From: a virus
Taxonomy: Duplodnaviria > Caudoviricetes
Length of the DNA stretch: 64,000 bases
Strand: one strand, 5' to 3'
IMG/VR virus record: IMGVR_UViG_3300037249_000541
Span: 42,382-106,381 of that record
The position numbers and the translations under genes were made by a program. Of the stretch, positions 19,510 to 30,329 are shown piece after piece; the stretch's first letter is position 1; every line of letters begins with the position of its first letter. Under the pieces are notes generated by a model, which was not told where the DNA came from, searched no databases, and was given only the letters and a program-made list of their open reading frames with translations.

Positions 19510-19783
19510 TTTGTTGTTCTTTTATTTTCTCAATGAACTCATTGACATCTTTACAATAGTAGATGTCTTTTGTTTCTGCCACAAATCTATCTAACTCTTC
19601 TTGTTGGGTCGAAGGAAACAAGTCGTCTGTGTACCCCTTTCCATGAACAATGTGAGTTATGTCATCTTTGTAGTTTAGCCATACTGCGCCATTGAAGTTG
19701 CAACAGGTGCAACATTCAATATTGTAAAGAGCCAATGTTGCTCTTATTTTCGGCGAATTTTCTTTTAGAACTAACGTTTCCAT
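19469..19783 (-). CDS. conserved Bacteroidetes phage protein
   Basis: C.CC.F.GA.WL...VHG.G motif. Confidence 0.6.
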   Translation of the reverse strand: METLVLKENSPKIRATLALYNIECCTCCNFNGAVWLNYKDDITHIVHGKGYTDDLFPSTQQEELDRFVAETKDIYYCKDVNEFIEKIKEQQNERQGREGVASQR

Positions 19784-19847
19784 TTTCTTTGCATTTACAG
19801 GTTGTTCAATACATCTGCCTTGAAAAGATGAGAGTAATACTTTTTGA

Positions 19848-20183
19848 TTAGTGCTTTCTCTGCATCTTCTTTTGATTTGTACATTCCATCTGGCAATCCG
19901 TTACCCCTATTATGTGGAAGGTGTATTGCGTGTAGTAATACTTGATACCAACGCTATCAGGAATTAGCTGATACAACATACCAGAATCTTGTGTTGTTGG
20001 ATAATACATTTTTCTTATTTGCTGCATCTCCCAATTGTTGTTTAGAAGATAGTCTATTGTCATCTGTTCGATGGCAATAGTGTCCTTTACTTCCAACTTA
20101 GGTTTCTGCATTTTCTTCGGTTCATTTGTGCAACTTGCTACGAGTAGCAACATTGCTAATAGATTGGTTATCTTTTTCATCAT
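19848..20183 (-). CDS. putative lipoprotein
   Basis: Signal peptide with lipobox VASC. Confidence 0.6.
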   Translation of the reverse strand: MMKKITNLLAMLLLVASCTNEPKKMQKPKLEVKDTIAIEQMTIDYLLNNNWEMQQIRKMYYPTTQDSGMLYQLIPDSVGIKYYYTQYTFHIIGVTDCQMECTNQKKMQRKH

Positions 20184-20682
20184 TAATTATTTTTTTTTAA
20201 AAAGAAAGGGTACAAATGTTTTGACACAAGTACCCTTTCTCTGTTGATTACTATTGTGTTCTTACTTATTGTCTTTCTTTTTAAACGCGTGTCCTACTAA
20301 AGACACTACGTATCCGCCTGCGCCAATTGACATCAGTTTGCCAACACCAAATGGCAATGCCCATACAAAGGCAACGGCTTCACCTATAGTTTCAAAAAAC
20401 GCCATTTTATTAATGTTTTATTTGTTTTATCTGCATTTCTTTATGAATTATACCAGCAACATTGTGAATATCACAATGTACTTTGCCAGTAATATTGTAG
20501 TGAGAGGGTAACGTAGGCAAAATTATTAGTAACGCTTACGTTGTATGAGTGATTTTTACAATAATAGTTTCACTGTCTCTTGTTAGATATGTAACACATT
20601 ATTGCAGTCTTTGTCATAATCCCAAAGAAATTATTAATTTCAATAAGATTTGTGACAGACGTTATTGATGGAACAATAATTT

Positions 20683-21411
20683 TTATGTTTCGTCTTCGTA
20701 AAGATAATAGTTTTCTGCCGGGAACACAGCCCATCCTCGTCTTCTCAATTGATTGATAACAGCTATCTTTTGATTAAACGTATTATCTTTAGAGTATTTT
20801 TTCGCTTTTGGTTCACTTGCAGTATCTAATTCACATAATGGAAAATACGAATGACTACAAGCAACATCTTGCAACTTGTGCTTTTCACAAAAATCTTGCA
20901 ATTCATGTGCATATTGTATTTCCTTTGAGTATGATACTACAATATTAGCAAATTTAGCACCAATTTGATAATAGTCAACAGGATTGTTATAGTCCATTTT
21001 TGCTATTGTAACATACACTCTGTCGTCAACGCTTTCAACAACAAGTACAGAATTATTATATCGTGAAGGTGCTGTCCGTACATAAGAACCAACAGTATGA
21101 AATCCTGGCAACATAAGTGAAGAAAATCTTCCGTTATATTTAAATAATCCAGTAAACACCTTTACAGGCTTGATGCTTCTTGCGAATTTTTTAGGCCAAA
21201 CAGTAACGTCTGATTTTGCCGATGTACGTTTAAACCATTCGAGGCTTTCAATTCTATTGTCTATTATATATGCGTCATCAGTGATGTCAACAATTCTCGT
21301 TATGAACTGATATTTTGGATGTGCGATTATTGTTCCAATTTTCAAGTCCTTCTCTTTCATTACATATAGTAAAGTGAGAAGTCCAAGTCTGTTGAATCTT
21401 CGATTGCGCAT
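20683..21411 (-). CDS. hypothetical protein (likely start about 21360)
   Basis: Long ORF; MKEKDLKIG start. Confidence 0.55.
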   Translation of the reverse strand: MRNRRFNRLGLLTLLYVMKEKDLKIGTIIAHPKYQFITRIVDITDDAYIIDNRIESLEWFKRTSAKSDVTVWPKKFARSIKPVKVFTGLFKYNGRFSSLMLPGFHTVGSYVRTAPSRYNNSVLVVESVDDRVYVTIAKMDYNNPVDYYQIGAKFANIVVSYSKEIQYAHELQDFCEKHKLQDVACSHSYFPLCELDTASEPKAKKYSKDNTFNQKIAVINQLRRRGWAVFPAENYYLYEDET

Positions 21412-21504
21412 TCAGAATTGTCTGCGTAATCAAGTCCGTCGAGATACTCGATATCATTCAAGTATGCATCGTCAATTTCCATCTGTTCCATTTTTTTTAT
21501 TATT

Positions 21505-22017
21505 TTAATATATTGTTTTTATTGTGTCGCAAAATGATATATATCTATCGCAGAATTTGATTTCATCGTTATGCGCTGCAACGAATTTTAAATCCTGTGA
21601 TACAATCAAATCTTTAAGACTGTATTCAAAACTATGCCATTTTGTAACGTATTGCTTTCTACAAAGATATATGTTTCCTTCTTCTTTTTTGACAATATAG
21701 AATAGATTTGTTTGCTTATGATATACAATATCATCATCAAACAAAAGTATTCCATTAATGTCAAATATGCCAGTTGATTGTTTCTCGTCTCCAACTCCAA
21801 CTACACGTCTCCCGTTTCTTATATTAGTTCGTATGTTCTCGTTTTTGTCATAAAAAAACCACCAATATCTTAGTGTTGAGCATTTAAATAGACGATTATT
21901 GATGAAATCATTATAATCAACTGGCATTTTCTTTGATGCCAAATACTTTAAGATTAACTCTTTTGATACAGTTTCTCGTTCAAGAGCTTTTCTTGTTATG
22001 GCTTCTTGTACTGTCAT
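21505..22017 (-). CDS. YopX-like protein
   Basis: QSTG..D.NG..L...DIV. Confidence 0.55.
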   Translation of the reverse strand: MTVQEAITRKALERETVSKELILKYLASKKMPVDYNDFINNRLFKCSTLRYWWFFYDKNENIRTNIRNGRRVVGVGDEKQSTGIFDINGILLFDDDIVYHKQTNLFYIVKKEEGNIYLCRKQYVTKWHSFEYSLKDLIVSQDLKFVAAHNDEIKFCDRYISFCDTIKTIY

Positions 22018-22553
22018 ACACCAGTGTGACCAAAACCACCTCTGTTGGGGTTCGTGAGGTTGTCAACAATCTCGAACTCAACACCAGAGTAGAACAGGTT
22101 CTTGATTTTCTGCCACATTGTAGCGTGTTGTGAGAGTTGTACGCGGAATTGAACAAGACGTGCGTAGATTGGAATGTCAACAAATTCACCATACTCAGTC
22201 TTCTTCCACTTCTTATTGTACTCGGTATCGTCGTACTTCTTGTCGTCCCACTCCTTCTTCTCTTGAATGCAAATGAATTGTGCTTTCCACACATCCTCGT
22301 TGCCGCAATAAGAGTTGTCTATTACTGCTTCTGAGTTAACAAGAATCATTGAATATTTCTTGTATGTACCTGACCTTGATACCATATTGGCTTCATATCC
22401 TGGTGGAAGCTGCATAGCCACACCAAGATTAACTGTTGTTATTCGCCTGTCACACATAGCAAATCCTTGTGCCGATTTCAAATCAATCCAGTCGCCGTGA
22501 ACTTCTGGCATACAGTCCTTGTCGAAAAGTTTGAGTTTTATTTTTAGTTTCAT
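22014..22553 (-). CDS. dut: trimeric dUTPase
   Basis: IDL, RSG, VIDNSYCG, RLVQ, RGGFGHTG. Confidence 0.93.
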   Translation of the reverse strand: MKLKIKLKLFDKDCMPEVHGDWIDLKSAQGFAMCDRRITTVNLGVAMQLPPGYEANMVSRSGTYKKYSMILVNSEAVIDNSYCGNEDVWKAQFICIQEKKEWDDKKYDDTEYNKKWKKTEYGEFVDIPIYARLVQFRVQLSQHATMWQKIKNLFYSGVEFEIVDNLTNPNRGGFGHTGV

Positions 22554-22718
22554 TTTCTTGTTTTTTAATGGTTAAATAAAAAGGGAGTGTGCCGTTATGG
22601 TGGACGGAATATCACACTCCCAAACATAACCTAACCTAATTCTTCTTCGTCATAAGACAACGCTTCGACATCACAATATTTGTAGTCGTCTTCGTCAAAA
22701 CGAATCTCAACACAAATA

Positions 22719-23138
22719 TCATCCATCGTATTCGTCATCTCTATCTGTTCTTACGTAGTCGCCAGACAAATATGGTGGTTCAAATTCTTTTGGTGGTGCT
22801 TTCGCAACCACGATGTCCTTGCCATTTTTGTCTTTGATTGTTGTATGACACTCGTCCCATTCGTTCAACAGTTTTCTCAATTCTGAAAGCATAATTGATG
22901 ATGACGCATAATCAGACAGAGTATTATTAAACTCTTCGAGCAACTGATTGATTATTGGCCCATTTTCAGGGTCGAACATCTTGTTTGGTTCAGTTGTTGT
23001 TACAAGAGCAATGAGATAATCTCTATTTATCTTTATAGTGCGTTCTTCTTCTTCAATTGCTTCTTCAAGCTGATACTTACTGTCAAACGTAACCGATGGA
23101 AATACATTCTCGGTTACATGGAAGGTGTAACTACTCAT
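22719..23138 (-). CDS. hypothetical protein
   Basis: ORF in operon. Confidence 0.6.
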   Translation of the reverse strand: MSSYTFHVTENVFPSVTFDSKYQLEEAIEEEERTIKINRDYLIALVTTTEPNKMFDPENGPIINQLLEEFNNTLSDYASSSIMLSELRKLLNEWDECHTTIKDKNGKDIVVAKAPPKEFEPPYLSGDYVRTDRDDEYDG

Positions 23139-23728
23139 ACAGAAGCAGCTTTTACTACGTTGTTTACGACAGAATCAACAGCATTTGCCATTGAATCATA
23201 GAACAATGATGTATTGTTGTCGCCCTTGAGAGACCTGATGCTTTGCGTGAGAATATGACCAGCCATCACCACATTACCGACAGGTGTACTCTCGTTGATT
23301 TGAGCGTCAACTCTTTCAACGATAGTGTTTGACGGAATGTTTATCGAGTTGGTTCTTGTACCACCAGTTGCGCCAAGACGTACATTGTCTTCTTCTGTCA
23401 CATAGCGTACATAGCCAGGACAAAATTTTCCAGTGTAGTTCAATGTTACTGGTTCGTGAGTACCTTCAATTTGCCTAAGAAGGTCTGCAAGCTTTCTCGT
23501 TTCTACACCTGATATAAGGTCAAAACGATGCTCTACTCCGTTCTCATCTTTGACAACGTACAAAGTTGTGTGTTTGTTGTCTACCTTACGTCTTGCGTTG
23601 TACGTAGTAAGACACAAGTGTGTTGTTGTGAGTTGTCTGCTTTTTTCAGCAAGGACATCATAGTCTTCCTCACATCCTTCTGGCGTTCTTGGGAAAAACG
23701 CTCTCAAAACTTTTTTGAAGTCTACCAT
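23135..23728 (-). CDS. hypothetical protein
   Basis: ORF in operon. Confidence 0.6.
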   Translation of the reverse strand: MVDFKKVLRAFFPRTPEGCEEDYDVLAEKSRQLTTTHLCLTTYNARRKVDNKHTTLYVVKDENGVEHRFDLISGVETRKLADLLRQIEGTHEPVTLNYTGKFCPGYVRYVTEEDNVRLGATGGTRTNSINIPSNTIVERVDAQINESTPVGNVVMAGHILTQSIRSLKGDNNTSLFYDSMANAVDSVVNNVVKAASV

Positions 23729-23740
23729 TTTTGTTTTTGT

Positions 23741-24259
23741 TTAAATTGTGATTTTGTTTAATAAATATTCAACTCTCTTCATCCACTTTTCAGCAGATTG
23801 CCAAGAAGAGAATTTGAATAAATGTTTTTTTGCGAGTTCGTATGGACCTCCACTAATCACCCAACCGTCTTCAACGTTGACATAGCAAACACAATATACT
23901 ACCTCAATATACTTAATATTCTCTTCAAGTACATCTTCAGTACAAGTATTTCGATAATCAACAATTAGTTCGTCAAATGCTTCTTTGGGTCCGCATCCAC
24001 TTATTGAGATTTTGTCATTTGGAATTGCTAAGTATTCCATAGCATCCACATAGTTTTTATACAATATCCTAAGGAAATCATCAATGAATTCACCATCTAT
24101 TTTAACAATAGAAACTGCCTTGGTGTCATCGTTAATGATTATGATTGAATCCATTATTTCTGTTGCAAGAAACGTTGTGGTTGCTTCTATCAACTTGTTT
24201 ACTGTATCATTGACAGATTTCAATGAATACAGATTACCAAGATTGTTAATGAAATACAT
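23741..24259 (-). CDS. hypothetical protein
   Basis: ORF in operon. Confidence 0.55.
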   Translation of the reverse strand: MYFINNLGNLYSLKSVNDTVNKLIEATTTFLATEIMDSIIIINDDTKAVSIVKIDGEFIDDFLRILYKNYVDAMEYLAIPNDKISISGCGPKEAFDELIVDYRNTCTEDVLEENIKYIEVVYCVCYVNVEDGWVISGGPYELAKKHLFKFSSWQSAEKWMKRVEYLLNKITI

Positions 24260-25482
24260 TAGAATCTACTACCTTTGTATGTTCCACATACCTTGAAGAA
24301 CGCTCTGCTTGCGGGTGATTCGCTATTTGCAGCAGAGAAATACACGCAATTACCAATTTGTTTTACCTCAGTAATTGTGTATTCTGAACTGAAGAAATCA
24401 AATTCATCTCCAACTTCCAAATCTTCTGGTTCGCAATACATATTTGGAATGCTATAAAGATTGGATGATTCGATAATATTGTTGATTACTTCGTCATGAT
24501 TGATACGTATTATTTCGCTTTCGCTAAAATTGTTACTCTTCTTCCTGAGAAGATTAGCTTCAATTCGATGTTGTTTCGAGAAAGCTTCACGGGCAACAAT
24601 ATCCTTAGATGTTGCTTCGCAGAAGTCAGTGAATGCTCGTTCTCCATCTGTAAGAACATTGAATGTAATATATTCAATGTGATATTCAATTCCAAGGTCT
24701 TGTGCATTGAATATCTTGGAACCTACTTCTTTGAAAGCATTGAATCCATTCAAGCGAATTTCTTCTGCAATCTTAGAGAAGATGTCGAAAGTACAGCATT
24801 CCTTTGACTTGACATACTTCACAATCCAATCAAGTTGCGCCTGTTCCAAATCTGGCAATTCATAATTGAAGTACTCAATTACCATTTTGGAATCTTTGAT
24901 ATTGTCAAAAGACAATGCGTACCTTATTCGTCCAGGACGTGAAATAAAGTTTGCGTCAATGTTGAATTGATTGGAAGTTATAAGGAAAACCCTCTTGATT
25001 GTTGCATCAGAAGTACCGTCAAAGAATGACAGCATTTCCTTTTGAGCACTTTGGTCGAACTTCTTTTCAAATTCATCGAATACGTAGATTGCAGACACTT
25101 TGATACTGTTGTCTATCCAACGCATCATCTCTTTGGTTTTGTCTGTGGTTGGCATAGAGTCAACTTTGATGACAGGCATATTGAGTTCGTTGCAAAGACG
25201 TTTAAGCATCAACGTCTTGCCAGTACCCTTTACGCCATTCAAAATTACGCCAATATTACTTGACGACATTTTGATAGAGTGAAGGATGTAATTGTAATCG
25301 TGAAAATTCCAATTGAAGATTTTTTCTGGAAGTGCGAACTTATCCTGTTCGTCAATCAAGTAGAAACCACCAAGAGATTCTTCAATTGAATAGACATGAG
25401 GCTCAAGTCCTTCCTCAATAACGGAAGTGTTGCTTGCAGGTTTGACAAGCTTTCCGCTTCTTTCAAATTTTTGTATTGACAT
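24259..25482 (-). CDS. AAA+ ATPase
   Basis: GVKGTGKT, VFDEFEK, SRPGRI. Confidence 0.9.
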   Translation of the reverse strand: MSIQKFERSGKLVKPASNTSVIEEGLEPHVYSIEESLGGFYLIDEQDKFALPEKIFNWNFHDYNYILHSIKMSSSNIGVILNGVKGTGKTLMLKRLCNELNMPVIKVDSMPTTDKTKEMMRWIDNSIKVSAIYVFDEFEKKFDQSAQKEMLSFFDGTSDATIKRVFLITSNQFNIDANFISRPGRIRYALSFDNIKDSKMVIEYFNYELPDLEQAQLDWIVKYVKSKECCTFDIFSKIAEEIRLNGFNAFKEVGSKIFNAQDLGIEYHIEYITFNVLTDGERAFTDFCEATSKDIVAREAFSKQHRIEANLLRKKSNNFSESEIIRINHDEVINNIIESSNLYSIPNMYCEPEDLEVGDEFDFFSSEYTITEVKQIGNCVYFSAANSESPASRAFFKVCGTYKGSRF

Positions 25483-25484
25483 TT

Positions 25485-27278
25485 TTAGAATAAAGTTTGT
25501 TGTGGGTCGTTAAAAATAATTTTCCTTGCTATGGAATAATACTTTTGTTTATCAACGAAATCCATTATTCTGCGTGTATCAATGTAATTAACAATTTCAA
25601 CACCACCAACACTGTCAATAATGGTATTGCCTCTCATTAAGAATGGAGCCATACTATTTTTACTGTAAAAATACCTTACGGAATTACCACAGTTTTGTTG
25701 ACCGTGAGTTATTTTGAAATTGCTACCTACATTGATTGAAAGTAGAAATCCTTTTGGGTCTTGATATTGGTTTATTGTTTTTTCTATTGGAACATTGGAA
25801 ATCAGATATTGAATAGCGGCTTCTATTACTATTCTTGGTCGTAAAACCCTTTGTAATGGCTCGTCGCTAAACAAACCTTTGCCAATACGCTGACCCGCTG
25901 TGGTATAAACAATATAATCATTAGTAGTATGTTGAAACATAAAGCGATACTCTTCTTTTTGTATATGAAGCTTATGAAGCTGCTGATACTCAAGAATGAT
26001 TTTATTCAGCTTGTCATACATACTTTCATACGTTTTTATGAATATTCCATCAACGTTGACTTGGATAATTTTGTCAGCTATTTCAGCAACTTTCTCCAAG
26101 AATCCAAGAGTATATAACATAGCTTGAATTCTAATTGCCATAAACATTGCAGGGTCGTACATATAAGACCACTCGGCGTTCATAAGTCCAATTGCAGCAT
26201 TTAACACGCCTTTATAGAACTCTGCTTCATTATGGTGTCCGTTATATTTTGCATCCAATCTTTTGTTTAAGATGTCATTATACAGCTCACGAAAATCGTC
26301 GCTTAAATGGCGAGGAAACAAATTGTTGTTCACCATTGTTTTTGGGAACATTGATGAAAAGTCCAGATAAACAATAATTTCTCCTCCTCTTAAACATGAA
26401 GTTCTTTTTGGAGCGTCCATTGTTCTAACGCCACCAGAGCCAGCAGAAAGTACAATATCGTTGTAAACAATAGTTTTGTTGTAAACGTCAGTAGGTAATA
26501 AAGATTGCTTTATAATGTCAAGTGCAAGGTCTTTAAGAGGACCTGGCTTCTCGTTACATATATGACAATACTTTTCAACTTCCAGACGTTGAGAGGGTGT
26601 CCGTTTACTGGTAAAAGAATCAAAACTTTCACCAGTCTTATCAAGATATTGTCTTGTAAAATATCTTATACCCATAAGCGTATCATCGACATCCAGAGCA
26701 TTAATCTTAAATTTCTTATATATACCAAAACGAATCTGAATCTTCTTTTGGCATATATTTAAAACTCTTACAATGACATCTGTTTCGTATTTCAATCGCT
26801 GCTTGTATTTGATATTGAAATTAGGCAGTGGTTCGTACATAGGACAATAGTCTTTGATTGACAAATTAAGACTAAAAGCCACTTGCTCGAAAGACAGCCT
26901 TTGCTTTTCAGGGAACAATATCTTTTTCAAGTCTAATGAGAAGAATAATCTTTGTTGATTGTTGTCGTGTTCTTTCGATTCCAAATATTCTTTTACGGCA
27001 ATATATATATCAAAAGCTCTAACTGTTTCTTGGTGATGCTCTATAATATATCTTAATGCTATATCATCATATTCAGAATTTCCATATCCGCACAATATCG
27101 CTGAGTTATTTGACTGAGAACTTCCAAAGATATAGGCAATAGAATCTGACTCGTCGTGTTCATTGCTTATACTATAAAAGAACATCCCACCATCTTCCGT
27201 GTTTTGCAAAGCAACAGCAAAGATGTTGGGATGTATGTCACAGCGGTACACAAAGACTATCTTGTTTTCAATAGTCAT
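25485..27278 (-). CDS. polB: family B DNA polymerase (crAss-type, divergent motifs)
   Basis: DFSSMFP, K..LN...G, NVDG, NDY, KG.F; N-terminal exonuclease-like domain. Confidence 0.8.
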   Translation of the reverse strand: MTIENKIVFVYRCDIHPNIFAVALQNTEDGGMFFYSISNEHDESDSIAYIFGSSQSNNSAILCGYGNSEYDDIALRYIIEHHQETVRAFDIYIAVKEYLESKEHDNNQQRLFFSLDLKKILFPEKQRLSFEQVAFSLNLSIKDYCPMYEPLPNFNIKYKQRLKYETDVIVRVLNICQKKIQIRFGIYKKFKINALDVDDTLMGIRYFTRQYLDKTGESFDSFTSKRTPSQRLEVEKYCHICNEKPGPLKDLALDIIKQSLLPTDVYNKTIVYNDIVLSAGSGGVRTMDAPKRTSCLRGGEIIVYLDFSSMFPKTMVNNNLFPRHLSDDFRELYNDILNKRLDAKYNGHHNEAEFYKGVLNAAIGLMNAEWSYMYDPAMFMAIRIQAMLYTLGFLEKVAEIADKIIQVNVDGIFIKTYESMYDKLNKIILEYQQLHKLHIQKEEYRFMFQHTTNDYIVYTTAGQRIGKGLFSDEPLQRVLRPRIVIEAAIQYLISNVPIEKTINQYQDPKGFLLSINVGSNFKITHGQQNCGNSVRYFYSKNSMAPFLMRGNTIIDSVGGVEIVNYIDTRRIMDFVDKQKYYSIARKIIFNDPQQTLF

Positions 27279-27799
27279 TTCTTTATTTTTATTTTAAATA
27301 CTTCAAAATCAACAATTGATTTAGTAGTCTTAAGAAATGTAGTACCTAACAAGCCTGATACAGTAACTCCACAGGTTTCCTTTATGTAGTCTATTGTATT
27401 GGCTAAATTAACCATAACAAATGGTACATTAAATACACAATCGCCATAGTTTAATTCAAGATATACATTTCCGTCTGTTGATGTTACAGTTGTAGACGAA
27501 CACATCTCATTATCATCTCCTTGGTAATAAGACACTTTATTTGCGTCAAACAAACTCATCATATCGGTATGTATAAAACATTCTGATGCACCAGTATCTA
27601 CAATAAGGTTAACTTTAACCATACCGTCTTTTCCTGGTATCTTGAATGTTATTACAGGAACCTCTACTAAATCAAGAGTTTCTTTAAAAGATATTTCCAG
27701 CTTCTTTTTCTTTCGCATAATCGACACGATATACCAAAGTATGACCAATATTATAATCTGTATTGACACACACAAGATTACAATCTGAGCATCACTCAT
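27275..27799 (-). CDS. membrane-anchored retropepsin-like aspartyl protease
   Basis: TM helix, LIVDTGA, GLLG..FL. Confidence 0.85.
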   Translation of the reverse strand: MSDAQIVILCVSIQIIILVILWYIVSIMRKKKKLEISFKETLDLVEVPVITFKIPGKDGMVKVNLIVDTGASECFIHTDMMSLFDANKVSYYQGDDNEMCSSTTVTSTDGNVYLELNYGDCVFNVPFVMVNLANTIDYIKETCGVTVSGLLGTTFLKTTKSIVDFEVFKIKIKK

Positions 27800-28859
27800 T
27801 TGGCTTTTTCAAAAGCTGTCCAAGATAGTTAATTCCGTCCTTGACAATATTTGGAGGAAGCGTAGCCTTTGAATGAATCAAGGCATTAAGCTCATTGCCA
27901 ATAACGAAAGGGTCTTCGAGAACTGTATTCCCACATTGAATATCGCCTTTTGTGAATGAATCCTCGAATTCAAACATTAAAGGTGTAAGAGAGTTTTTAT
28001 TTACAACGATAAACTTCATAGGTTTAACTTTGTAACCTGCCCACTCTCTTGAGTGTTGGACGATTTGGTTTAGTCCTTGACAGTATAATCTTGCCTGAAT
28101 ATCATAACGCCATTTAAGGAATGATTCTGGAAACTTATATTCTGGCTTGCTTGTCGTCTTCAAGTCAAAAGGCATAATTACCTTATGACTATGGTCGATA
28201 ATTAGCAAATCAAACATAAATTTATAATCAACTCCATTAACTGTTGTCATGAATTTTGCTTGATAAATTCTGTCAAGTTCATCGTCTGTTGCAAACACTA
28301 CTCCGATGAATTTGTCGTACTTCAACGCATTTACTGTTTTTATGACATCTTCAAGCGTGTCTTTTGATATGATTGTGTAATCATCTTCAGTTTTCGATTT
28401 TATATATTCTTTCACACCCTGGTCAATCATACCATCTGTGAAAAACATACGCAATTTCGACTCTACTGTTCTGTTAGAATAGAAATCAACATCAACAAAT
28501 GCAGCATAAAAATAATTTATTATTGAATCATCTTCAATAGCAGCACTTATCGTTTTGTTTCTTTCTACCAACATAGCAGATACACAATCAAGAACATCTT
28601 TTGATTTGCCAGTAAAGCTATTGTCGAGTACTTTGAACTTTTTGTTGAATTGCTCTTCACCCTCTGTAATAAGGGTGTCCACAGCAGACCCGAAGGTCAA
28701 ACTGTCGGTCTCCTCCCTATCTTCAAGATGTAAATAACCTTCAAATCCTTCTCGCAAATATTTACTTATTGCGGAATAGGATATGATTGGGAATCCATTC
28801 GCATCTTTAAGATTGCGATACTCTCTTTCAGAAAGGGATGTCATCCATATCGGAGTCAT
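27792..28859 (-). CDS. RecE/exonuclease VIII-like PD-(D/E)XK nuclease
   Basis: SYS.I, FGSAVD, FD...DLKTT, YDIQARLY. Confidence 0.85.
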   Translation of the reverse strand: MTPIWMTSLSEREYRNLKDANGFPIISYSAISKYLREGFEGYLHLEDREETDSLTFGSAVDTLITEGEEQFNKKFKVLDNSFTGKSKDVLDCVSAMLVERNKTISAAIEDDSIINYFYAAFVDVDFYSNRTVESKLRMFFTDGMIDQGVKEYIKSKTEDDYTIISKDTLEDVIKTVNALKYDKFIGVVFATDDELDRIYQAKFMTTVNGVDYKFMFDLLIIDHSHKVIMPFDLKTTSKPEYKFPESFLKWRYDIQARLYCQGLNQIVQHSREWAGYKVKPMKFIVVNKNSLTPLMFEFEDSFTKGDIQCGNTVLEDPFVIGNELNALIHSKATLPPNIVKDGINYLGQLLKKPNE

Positions 28860-29451
28860 CTTTTCGTGTTGTTTTCATTTGTTCTATTTTTGGTTGTTCT
28901 ACTTCTGCATTTAAACTTATGTTAAGTTTATTGAGAAGTGATACGGAAGCATCTGTTGTGCGTTTTACGGTTGTGATTTTCATATTCTCCAATTCTTCTT
29001 GAGAAATAAGTCTAATGTTTATTTTCAAGTTAATCTTACTCATAATAAAAAACATTATATATTTTCGGATAATAAAATATAACGTAGACTTATTGTCATA
29101 GAAGATAAGTGGGTCTATCAAAAATTCGCCATGTCTACTGTCGTACACAAATATGGGTACAAGCGAATTGTACCCATATATGTATATGCCTCGATTATAT
29201 ATTGCGAAACGCTCCCTTTTAATTCGTATTTCATATATGTCAGCTACCCAACGCGTTGAAGCGAATCCACTTAAAAACGCTTTAAGTGTTGAATAGGTAA
29301 CAACGGTTGAAATCAACATATTGTTGCCAAGAAAATACAAATTATATGGTTTCGTACTCGCATAATAAGTGAGCCTTAACGACGCGACTGATTGGGAATA
29401 TAAAAAAGTGTTCTCATTAAAACGCCTGATGGTGTTAAGAGGAATGTCCAT
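28828..29451 (-). CDS. hypothetical protein, distal gene of the Ubl operon
   Basis: Coupled to the E1 gene; acidic tail DDIPF. Confidence 0.55.
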   Translation of the reverse strand: MDIPLNTIRRFNENTFLYSQSVASLRLTYYASTKPYNLYFLGNNMLISTVVTYSTLKAFLSGFASTRWVADIYEIRIKRERFAIYNRGIYIYGYNSLVPIFVYDSRHGEFLIDPLIFYDNKSTLYFIIRKYIMFFIMSKINLKINIRLISQEELENMKITTVKRTTDASVSLLNKLNISLNAEVEQPKIEQMKTTRKDDSDMDDIPF

Positions 29452-29453
29452 TT

Positions 29454-30329
29454 TTATTTATATGCCCATGTTTTTAGCTGCTTGAACGATATACCAAGCG
29501 AATAGTCTGCTTCTGTGTAAAATTTTACATTCGTTGCAAACATTTCGTTGCTTTTGAAGTGAATATGTTGCGTCACGACGCCTGTGATACAAGCACCAAT
29601 TCCTGCTCCTATATGGCTTGTAGCCTTGTAAGAACATGGAAGATGTGCAGCTTCGTCATCGTTAAACAAACATTTCTCTCCATACATTTTCGCTTGACTT
29701 TTGTTTGATAATCTGAAAGTAAATACTTGAAATGCATCGGCTGTCATTCTGCCATCAATAAACAAACAACCTTCTGGGTCGTTTGCGTGTTGATTACAGT
29801 ATTCCTGCCAAACAAGCTTTCTTGCCTTCATACTATCAAGTGCAGTGATTGTTACTTTTGATAGAGTTTGGTTTGTGTAATACTCTGCAAAGAAACCACC
29901 TTTAACTGTTGGTACGTACTGACTGATAATATCACGTATTGCGTCAACTTTGTAGCTACCAATGTCGCTAAGTCTGTAAAGTTGACCAGCCATATTGTGT
30001 GTCTCAATCGTATCGCCATCAAACATAAAGATGTTTCCAGCACCAGCTCTTGCAAGTAGCAATGCAGTCCAAGAACCAATACCACCTGCCCCGACTATTG
30101 TAATAGGCATTTTTTCAAGTTCTTCTTTCCAAATTGCCTCACTAAATCGTTGCTGCGATGTATTGTCCTTGATATACGTTGATGGTACTGCAAGTTCTAC
30201 TGGCTCTGGTGCTGGTGCATCAGAAGGCTGTGCTGTTTCTGCTGTTTCAACAGGTTGTGGTTGTGTTGTTGCAGCAGGCGCAGCAGACCTTCCAAAAGTC
30301 ATTCTGATACTACCATTAATCCTTGCCAT
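29454..30329 (-). CDS. ThiF/E1-like activating enzyme
   Basis: GAGGIGS, D.D.I...N..GQ, K, D...AR, IDGRM, candidate catalytic Cys in LPCSYK. Confidence 0.9.
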   Translation of the reverse strand: MARINGSIRMTFGRSAAPAATTQPQPVETAETAQPSDAPAPEPVELAVPSTYIKDNTSQQRFSEAIWKEELEKMPITIVGAGGIGSWTALLLARAGAGNIFMFDGDTIETHNMAGQLYRLSDIGSYKVDAIRDIISQYVPTVKGGFFAEYYTNQTLSKVTITALDSMKARKLVWQEYCNQHANDPEGCLFIDGRMTADAFQVFTFRLSNKSQAKMYGEKCLFNDDEAAHLPCSYKATSHIGAGIGACITGVVTQHIHFKSNEMFATNVKFYTEADYSLGISFKQLKTWAYK

